A stretch of DNA of 34,512 nucleotides from Callorhinchus milii (lineage: Eukaryota). The notes below the pieces were generated by a model that did no database searches, was not told the origin of the DNA, and saw only the letters and a list, made by a program, of their open reading frames with translations. Location of the stretch: positions 1 through 34,512 of the forward strand of contig NW_024705561.1 of NCBI RefSeq assembly GCF_018977255.1. The letters run 5' to 3'. Positions 11,651 to 19,650 of this stretch are shown piece by piece. A program made the translations under genes and the position numbers. Within the stretch, counting starts at the first letter, position 1; each line of letters starts with the position of its first letter.

Positions 11651-11962
11651 CTTTCCTCTTAAATGTCTTTTCACCGATGGGAGTTGGGATATCTTCATGA
11701 TTGGCAAGGCAGAAGAATTCTTTCCCACTCTTCCAGTCTTGTGTAGAAACGTTTAATTTACTGATCACTTCCTGAGGCTCAGTGGCAGACGTTTTCCCAT
11801 ATCCAGACTGTAAATGTGTCTTTCCTTGTGTCCAAGTCACGTTGACGTCAAGTGGTGCATTGGCCACGACACATGTCAGCGTTACAGTGGACTCCATTAA
11901 AACCTGTTGCTGCGAGGGTGGCAGGAAAGAGACCTTCACACCCCCAGTGGGTTGCTCACATT
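11651..11962 (-). CDS. IGHM-like: IgH constant exon 1 (IgM Cmu3-like C1-set domain)
   Basis: Acceptor TTTTCCTTTTCTAG, donor G|GTGAGT, 312 bp, phase 1/1; (E)CEQPTGGVKVSFLPPSQQQVLMESTVTLTCVVANAP...W...LNVSTQDWKSGKEFFCLANHEDIPTP resembles chondrichthyan Cmu3 (recognised from memory, not aligned). Confidence 0.94.
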
Positions 11963-12819
11963 CTAGAAAAGGAAAAGACACATGAAACTGGATTAACAGC
12001 CAATATCCAGGATTTCATATTCGGTCAGTTAAACAATACTGTTCATGAATATTCTCACACTGTGGGTGAGCTGAACACAGATTGCTGATTCCGAATATGC
12101 TCATCATTTGGTGTTGGAATAATTTACTGGAATACTGAACAAGACTTCCTGAAGGACTGCGTGATATTGCACCTGTTGAGTTTCAATTCCCTCTGACTGA
12201 ATACCACTCAGGAATAAACACGTGTATTGGTTGACTTGTAACTGTGCATTTAACTGTATACCTTCTCGGATTAACCCAAATTCACTCTTTGTGTCCAGGA
12301 AACAAAGTGGAAGTAATTGTTGAGGAAGTGTGTGGTATAGCTCTGCGGATAAAAGGCTGTAGATTGCGGCCCGATTTCTTCATGTTGCTCAGTTCAATAA
12401 ACTTGGGGTCAAAGCTCGCATGTGTATTGCTTTCATTGAAACACCAAAAAGGGGCGCTACACAAATGAAGGTAGCATTGTCAGGCCAAGCAGGTTCTCTG
12501 TTTGTATGTGTGTGTGTTCATGTGTGTGTATGTATGTATGTATGTATGCAGTTTTTAGAAAAGCCGCTGAAACTAAACTGTTGCATCAATTTCCTAATCG
12601 TCTGTTTCATTTGCTAAAATATTTTTGTTTCAAGGTTACTAAGACGTTTGCGTAATCTTAAATTTTGATGCAATCGTCAGAAGATTTCAAACATATTTCT
12701 TTGCGGCTCTGATATGTATTAAAACAAGTTACTCTGCTCAGATTGATGACAGAATCGACACAGTCAATGGCCACCAGACAGCCGATGTGTTTTGTTAAAA
12801 TAGTACATTAAATATTGAT

Positions 12820-12950
12820 AAGAATAATATCACTTGCATTGGAAATAGCGTCTTATCAAGTCTTTGAGATATTTCAATGCGCTTCACAGAATACAGTGTG
12901 AAGTGAAATCAGTCTATATTGTCTGTGCGAAAAATATTTGATTGACTGTT
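12820..12950 (-). mobile_element. SINE 3' tail fragment in the J-C intron
   Basis: Reverse complement reads TGAAGCGCATTGAAATATCTCAAAGACTTGATAAGACGCTATTTCCAATGCAAG, the shared tail. Confidence 0.65.
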
Positions 12951-13224
12951 GAAGAATTTTGATCCCTCTTTATTTTGTAATCTACAAAATTAGAAAACGA
13001 TTAAAATGGTTAGGTTCAGTGTTTACATGAGGAATGAAGGACTGCAATCAGTGTTGTGCCCAGGACACGGAAATACCCAACATATCTATTGGTATTTTTG
13101 TCGCAATCAGCTGTGAAATGGTTAAATAAAGGCAGAAGCCGCTGTCCGGCGTTTGATGTTAGTGACGGTGCATTGCCTAACGGGCAAAGCAATATTACAT
13201 TCACATTTGAAACTATAAATAGAA

Positions 13225-13605
13225 TATTCCTTGCATTTGTTATAGCGACATATCACGTCTTTGAGACGTCTCCAACTGCTTCAAAGAATACACTGTAAAG
13301 TGAATTCACTGTATGTTTGAGGGCGAAATGCGGCATCCAAATGCGTACAGCAGTTTTCCACAAACAGTCGTGGATTCAGTGACAAATTTATTGTTAATAT
13401 TTTGAAGAGAGTAATACTTCCGGGGAAGCAATCGGTTGATTGACTAACAGGTGTGTTGCTACGTACTGTAAGGCAAACCGAATTGTTGTTGTGAGTGTGG
13501 AGTAAGTAGACTTTCCTGACTTTTCGCCCTGCCCGGGAATCAAACACAGGTTGTCTATCCTGCGAGGCGAGTGCTCTAAACTCTGAGCTATAGGACTCCA
13601 CAGAG
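13225..13605 (-). mobile_element. Full-length tRNA-derived SINE in the J-C intron
   Basis: Head TAGCTCAGAGTTTAGAGCACTCGCC...GTTTGATTCCCGGGCAGGGCGAAA; tail GAGACGTCTCAAAGACGTGATATGTCGCTATAACAAATGCAAGG. Confidence 0.8.
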
Positions 13606-14656
13606 TGGAAAACATTCTGCTTTGCTTCACAGTCTGTATTACCCTGAATTGTGTTAGATCCATGTGGTGACAGTTGAATGTCCTGTTGTCACGCTGCATT
13701 CATGCCACACAGGCTGACAGACAGAGGCCGGTGATATAAATATATAAAACAAGCAGTGCTGGTGTCTGTGGGTCTGTTTCCAGCCCCTGCGGTCACCGAC
13801 TTGTTAGCTATCAATAAATTAAATTAACTAATGATACAAATAGAGACATTATTCACTTCTGAGATCCAAATCCTCAAGTAATAATAAACATTTGTAGATT
13901 ATAAAACTTTACTTTAAGATTTCGCGGAAGTGTATAATAATCTTAAATTTACTTTAAATTTGGATTCCGGTTCTTCTTAAGAATTCGGGAAACCTCTTTT
14001 TAGAAATCAATCTGAATTTAACAAATATTTACAAATCTGCGGGATTGACGTCAGTTCATGTTTCGACCTCTGGAAAGATATTTTGTGAAACAAACCTTCA
14101 CATTGCTCTTTCCTATCCCTCGATCTGAAGGTTAAACTTGAACCGAGCTCACAGCCGCTCTCCCCACAGTGAGATATCCCCGTTCAGCAATTTGCAATTA
14201 CACTGTTCAATGCCGTTTACTCAGGTCTCACACACAGTCACAGCCTGAACCCTCACATCTTAAACACACATTGTTTCCATCCAATTACCCACAGGTCACT
14301 CCATGTTCTCCTTCCCTCAGCCTGAAGCTGTCAGTAACCGCACAGCAGCTCACACATTCTCCATCCACATCACACACGATGCATTCTACATTTTGCAAAG
14401 TAACTCACGGACACAATTCCCTGCAGCTCAAACAGTTACACAGAATACCTAATTCATGTATTTACAGTGGAATGAGCTACTGATTCCTTTCACGCTCATC
14501 TCTGCTGAGTCTGGAGTTTGAGCTGGTCAGTTTTGGTACCATTAGCTGCATGTCTGTGACCAGTTTCGCTGTGTGTTAACCATCTCATAAACAAATGTAT
14601 CTGATACATTGCAGCGTGTTATTCAGAGTTTACCATTTGTTTACTCAAAAAAAAAA

Positions 14657-14664
14657 ATTTGCAT
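14657..14664 (-). promoter_or_regulatory. Perfect octamer (ATGCAAAT) in the J-C intron
   Basis: ATTTGCAT on + strand; function is inferred only. Confidence 0.45.
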
Positions 14665-15709
14665 TTATTTCTGCTGATCAGTTAATGCAAAACAGGAAAC
14701 TCATATTTGTAGATCAACAGATACATAGAATAACTAAAGCATGTGATTACAGTAAAATGAGAGATTTCTTCCTTTCACCCTCATCTCTGCCAACTCTGAA
14801 GTTTTAGATAATCAACTACGATATCATTAGTTTGATGTCAGCGACCAGTTTCGCTTTGTGTTGAACATGTCATTAATAATTGGATCTCTTACAATGCAGT
14901 CTGCTATTCAAACTTGAACACACGTTTGATGAATACATCTGTGTTTTTCTACACGATAGTTAGTGTAAAGCGGAAAGCTGATGATTGTAGATGAACACCG
15001 ACCTGTGTACACTCTGAGGAATGGAAGTAAGTTTAAATCAACCGCTGGCGATATCAATTGAAATGAAGCATTAAATCAAAGAGTAGCTGAATGTTATCGT
15101 GACTGGTGTATGGGCAGCTGAGGAAAAGAAACTGTGAGCAACACGTTAATGCTAATATTACTTGAAATAAAAACATTCACTCATATTTCTGTAACATTCG
15201 TGCAGATTTGAGTTGTCAGTCACACCGCAGCAATGTAAACCCGCTTTACTCTCTCACTCACCTCCTCCCAGATGAACATCTTTAACCCACAGCAGCGTTC
15301 CTTATATTAAACAACAGATTGAAATACATATCGGAATCGATCCGATAACCTTCGCGTCACTCATCCCACGATATTCAGGTCCTCATTTCCAAATCTTGGG
15401 CACAGTTTCAAACACTTTAATAGAACTCTCGGCATCATTATACCCGAAACCCAGCAGCTGCCATTCACCGCGAACAAACATTATGGAAAGTCCTTTAGAG
15501 TAATCACCAAAAATATCACCAACAAAAACTAAAGAGAATAGTACATGTTATTGAAAGCAATGGCAGGTAAAAATCTTTAGCGTCGCTTAAACTGTGAGTT
15601 TTCCCGTCCACGAAGAATTCATTACATTATATAGGTGTTAAAGTGAAAAAAAACAAATATACAAAGAGACAAGTTCAGTGAATTGAGTGAGATAATGTCT
15701 GCTACTCAC

Positions 15710-15748
15710 CATCCGTCACAGTCAACACGGTGCCTTGACCCATGTAGT
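15710..15748 (-). CDS. IGHJ: IgH J segment (Y-M-G-Q-G-T-V-L-T-V-T-D)
   Basis: GxGT-xx-TV motif, 23-RSS directly upstream, phase-1 donor G|GTGAGT. Confidence 0.93.
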
Positions 15749-15787
15749 CACTGTGCTACAGTCAGTGTGCTGCCCACTGCAACAACC
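15749..15787 (+). promoter_or_regulatory. J 23-RSS (CACTGTG / 23 bp / GCAACAACC)
   Basis: Heptamer 15749-15755, spacer 15756-15778, nonamer 15779-15787. Confidence 0.88.
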
Positions 15788-16124
15788 TGCTGTGCGGGCA
15801 GGACACACAAACACAACCTTACTGTAAATGTTGGCTCTCCCAAACCAAATACAATACCCAATATATGTCTGTAACGTTCTGAAAACAATTGCTTGACTCT
15901 GTGTTTACCTGTTAAATGTTTGCATCTTTGCCAGTTTGCAGTGTTCATGTCAAACACGTTTTATTGTGACCAACAGATTGGAGATGAAATGTAATGTTTT
16001 ATGTCTATTAAATCTGGCAATTTGCTCAGCGCTCGGCAGCATTTTACGAATAACAAATCCCCGCATATTCAGTGGGACTCACACAAGCGAACAGAGTGAG
16101 AGATTAGCTGCTTTGGTGTTGGAC

Positions 16125-16201
16125 GGTTTTTGTATTGACAGTTAATGCCGTGGTGTTTATCTCACTGTGCTGCAGTCAGTGTGCTGCCCACTGCAACAAC
16201 C
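16125..16201 (-). other. D3 segment (16153-16162, sense AGATAAACAC) with V-side 23-RSS and J-side 12-RSS
   Basis: J side: CACGGCA/12/ACAAAAACC (16152-16125). V side: CACTGTG/23/GCAACAACC (16163-16201). Confidence 0.85.
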
Positions 16202-16535
16202 TGCTGTGAGGACAAGGCACACAAATAAAATAGTAGTAAATGTTGGTTTCCCCAAACCAAATAAAGTGCACAATATATTTCTGTAATTTTCTGAAAACAA
16301 TTGCTTGGCTCTGTGTTTACCTGTTCAGTGGTTGTATTTTTGCCGGTTTGCAGCACTCATCTCAAACACATGTTGTTGTCAAGAACAGATTGAAGAATAA
16401 ATATGATGTTTTGTGTCTGTTAAAGTGGTAAAATCCTAAGCGATCGACACCATTTTACAAATGCCAGTTCCTCACGTATTCAGTGGGACCCACACAAGCG
16501 AACAGTGATAGAGATTAGCTGGTTTGGTGTTCAAG

Positions 16536-16601
16536 GGTTTTTGTATTGATTGTTAATGCTGTGTGTTGCTTGTCACAGTGATACACAATATGACAAAATC
16601 T
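16536..16601 (-). other. D2 segment (16564-16573, sense ACAAGCAACA) with 12-RSS on both sides
   Basis: J side: CACAGCA/12/ACAAAAACC (16563-16536). V side: CACAGTG/12/ACAAAATCT (16574-16601). Confidence 0.9.
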
Positions 16602-16916
16602 CCTGCACAGGACGAACTAACAAATATTGACCCGGAATTCCTGGCAACGGCTGGTCCTCAGTTCACAGAATCCTTTGATGACTCCTGTGATATTTCAGTC
16701 AGAATAAATTCTTATGTTTTCCAGAGACTTTCGTTTAATGTCCGAACAGATCCAGAGACGTCAATTTCGTTGAGTACCATCCTATAATCCAAATTAACCG
16801 CAATAAATCTGCTAAACACTATGTTATTATCGATTATCGATTATCGATTTTCAGGGCCATTTATTTCGGTGTGTCGGTGTTGTTTGATGACTGGAGTCAG
16901 CAGTCTCTGTGGCAGG

Positions 16917-16993
16917 GGTTTTTGTATGAGGAGGTGGTTGTATGCAGCATTGTGTCTTTTCTTTACACAGTGATACAGTCCAATACAAATACT
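16917..16993 (-). other. D1 segment (16955-16965, sense TAAAGAAAAGA) with V-side 12-RSS and J-side 22-RSS
   Basis: J side: CACAATG/22/ACAAAAACC (16954-16917). V side: CACAGTG/12/ACAAATACT (16966-16993). Confidence 0.92.
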
Positions 16994-17392
16994 GATCCCC
17001 CATATGTGTACAATATCGGCTGCCAAAATTCACTGAAAGTGACTATTCTCCTCTGACGTGACGCAGAATCTGTCTCATAGTTTCCTCATAACAACAGAAA
17101 CATTATGCAATTATTTCCAACAGCTTGTGACTTGGTGATGTTTTTGAACCGTCATTTATTGCGGTTCTTCCCACCTCAACAGCACAGTGTCACTGACTAT
17201 CTGAAATCACAGAATACTACAGCACAGATAAGCAGTTCATTCACTTAAATCAAACAACGATTCAATGTGCGGGATCTGTCAGATAATAAATGTATCTTCA
17301 GCTTTTCCTTTAAACTTGGGCACAAAACAGCATTGACACCATGTTTGCCCCTCAGTCAGTTTAGGGTGGGAGGGGCTGCCTTTCTCCCCTTG

Positions 17393-17431
17393 TGTATTTG
17401 TAGGAGTTCAGCCCCGTTTCGTCTCACTGTG
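17393..17431 (-). promoter_or_regulatory. V 23-RSS (CACAGTG / 23 bp / ACAAATACA)
   Basis: Consensus heptamer directly after YYCARA, 23-bp spacer, near-consensus nonamer. Confidence 0.93.
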
Positions 17432-17737
17432 ACGCTCTTGCACAATAATAGGTGGCGGTGTCGTGCACTGTCGGGCATTTGATGATCAGATCGAAGATGC
17501 TTTGGGAATCTTCTCTGATGACAGTGACACGGTTTTCAATCCCGGACCCGAATGACTCGATGGATGAGCCGTCATGTACGAGCAGCTTTTCCCGCTGCTT
17601 CCCGGGAAGCTGCCGGAACCAGCCCGTGTAATTTCTGCTGAGATCAATCCCATTGGTTTCACAGGTCAGTCTCAGGGCCTGGCCGGTTTTCCCGGTTAGA
17701 GTCGGCGGCTGTGTGAGAACCAAATCTGCCTGGACAC
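17432..17737 (-). CDS. IGHV: IgH-type V exon, open: VQA-DLVLTQPPTLTGKTGQALRLTCETNGIDLSRNYTGWFRQLPGKQREKLLVHDGSSIESFGSGIENRVTVIREDSQSIFDLIIKCPTVHDTATYYCARA
   Basis: Acceptor TTATCATTTACAG; canonical Cys22, Trp36 and DTATYYC; full-length CDR2; ends at RSS. Confidence 0.96.
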
Positions 17738-17853
17738 CTGTAAATGATAAACGGTCAAAGATTAATGACTGTGAAATGTCCTGTTTCTGTGACATTGCGG
17801 AGAGAATAACACCGACACAGGAACAGTGAGACTGTCAGAATAATAGCACTCAC

Positions 17854-17899
17854 GGGAGAAGGCAGCCAGCAACACACTGAGAGAAATCAGGGTCCTCAT
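17854..17899 (-). CDS. IgH leader exon MRTLISLSVLLAAFS(R)
   Basis: ATG at 17899, hydrophobic signal peptide, phase-1 donor C|GTGAGT, 116-bp intron in frame with V. Confidence 0.93.
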
Positions 17900-17990
17900 G
17901 TTTCTGGGCACTTGTCAGAACTGAGACTTGAGCCGAATAACCGAGGGACAGAGAGCCGCCGGACAGATGGCTTCAGTCCACAGTGACCGG

Positions 17991-18066
17991 TATTTAACAA
18001 GGTCCAGTGGGGCATGTGTTTGAGAATCTACCAATAGCTCCAGGACTGAGGGGAGTCACGTGTCAC
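17991..18066 (-). promoter_or_regulatory. Putative V promoter: TATA-like TTAAATA (17991-17997), CCAAT (18031-18035), GTCACGTGTCAC E-box/CRE-like element (18055-18066); no octamer seen
   Basis: Motifs lie 90-170 bp upstream of the leader ATG; lack of an octamer fits what is established for chondrichthyan VH promoters. Confidence 0.5.
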
Positions 18067-18149
18067 ATTCCCTCTGACTTATACAGATCAGAAATTGTAC
18101 CTTTGTGTTGAAAGGTACACTATTTCAGGTAGTGTGTGATAAATATGTG

Positions 18150-18740
18150 GAAACGTGTCCCTGGGATGATGGTGAAAGCAGAAAGTTTTGCTCTATTAAA
18201 AGCAAGTTAGTTGGATTACTTTTAGGAAATAATATCTGGGAATGTAATATTTTATTTGGAATATTACACGTCATTCCATTGCCTGGATGTTGGAGGCATA
18301 GAGTCGACAGTCATTGGCCCTCTTTCGTCTATCAATGCCTACGTATTTAATATAAAAATTACAATGGATACAATGCCGTATCAGGTCAATAAAATGGCTC
18401 AATGCGCTTCACAACATCACACAGCACTTCAGAAAAGTATGTTGTGGCCGAAAATGTAGATTGTATCCTCTCGTTGTGCAATCCAGAACAAGGAGCACCA
18501 TCTAAATTAGACCTAGGCTATTTAGGAGTCAATGGACAAATGGTGGTGGAAATCTGGAACTCTGCCCCAAAGGGATGTGAATAGTGGATCCATTCATTTT
18601 TTCGGGACTTAGATGGATAGATATTTGAAAAAAGCTTATCAAGGAATATGTGGCAAAGGCGGTTATTTGGACTTCAGGTATAGATCTGCTTTGTTGTTAA
18701 AGAATGAGGAACAGTCTCGAGGTCCTGAATTGCCTACTGA
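18150..18740 (+). mobile_element. Degenerate CR1 3' fragments
   Basis: GATGGTGAAAGCAGAAAG...AAAAGCAAGTTAG and TCTGGAACTCTGCCCCAAAGGGATGTG...GATGGATAGATATTTG, typical of CR1 3' ends. Confidence 0.55.
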
Positions 18741-19359
18741 AACGTATATGTTCTTATGTAAAATATTGACTATTTTCTATATTTGAAGAGGTTCTGAACT
18801 GCAGCAGATGATTGTCGCGAATTTGTATGTCTTCTCGTGTCCCTTTTGTGCATGATGACATAAATGGCATTGTTTTCTCCACCGCCGTTTTGCTGGGTAT
18901 ATGTTCATAATACCCTATTATTTTCCTTGCCATTTTAGTAACTGCTTCTCTTTTGTTCCTTGTGAGCATGTTTTTATGTCTTACACCTACTATTTGCTCT
19001 CTTTTTCCTTACATAGAGTGATCGTCCTTGGGTAACTCCTCACAATATTTATCTTTGGTCTCATGGAAAATATGTAGAAACTCAGCATTTGGGACACATC
19101 TGGTCGTACTCGTTACTGCCTTCAGTCCCCATATTTATTGAAATCATAACCTTGATTGGAGATGAAATAGTGTAGTGACTGTGATTTTTTTCATTGGTGG
19201 CTCACGCTTTCAAGTCGGGCGTGAATTGATCACTTGGGGTAAGAAGCCAGATGGAGACGGCTGCTGCTGCAATGGTAACCATGTGAAATATAAGGACTGT
19301 CACACTCCTTTAGGACAAGCAGAGAAGAAACTGAGGAGAAAAGTGAAAATAAATCAATG

Positions 19360-19650
19360 TGACGTGAAATTTGGATTCGATGTAATACCAGTGGCGCATT
19401 CCTCCAACTCCAATTCCCTTACTCCACACATCTGTTTAACTCGGAGTAAGTAGGAACACGGTTTTTATTTGATTGACGGATCACTCTACTCTGGTTCCGA
19501 ATCCTTTCAAGAAACATTGATAAATTGGTCACAGAATCCACAAGTGTTTGGTGGACATTGCAACGCGCAATTGGCTGCAGCGTTTCACCCACAAAATATA
19601 CAGTCCGATCACCTTAGAGTTTTTTTATACGAAGCACTTTGAGATAGTGT
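19360..19650 (+). mobile_element. Degenerate SINE
   Basis: Shares CCTTACTCCACAC, GTAAGTAGGAAC and GCGCAATTGGCTGC motifs with other copies. Confidence 0.6.

Noticed and set aside
12282-12464. Minus-strand ORF in the J-C intron as a hinge or CH1 remnant
   Set aside because: No C1-set Cys/Trp pattern and no suitable splice sites.
14165-14203. CACAGTG in the J-C intron as the RSS of a second J
   Set aside because: No nonamer at 12 or 22/23 bp, and the adjacent sequence has no GxGT motif or donor.
17139-17221. TGTTTTTGA plus CACAGTG between V and D1 as a fourth D
   Set aside because: No partner heptamer at the correct spacing and no nonamer after the CACAGTG.
16574-17431. V-D1 and D1-D2 spacers as another heptamer-to-heptamer duplication
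   Set aside because: They share only CACAGTGATACA at the 12-RSS; no colinear similarity was visible by eye.
17432-17737. Calling the locus IgNAR or NAR-TCR
   Set aside because: The V keeps a full-length CDR2/C'' region (20 residues from position 47 to 66), and the constant exons and tailpiece are IgM Cmu3/Cmu4-like.
17979-17985. CACAGTG upstream of the leader
   Set aside because: Isolated heptamer with no nonamer.
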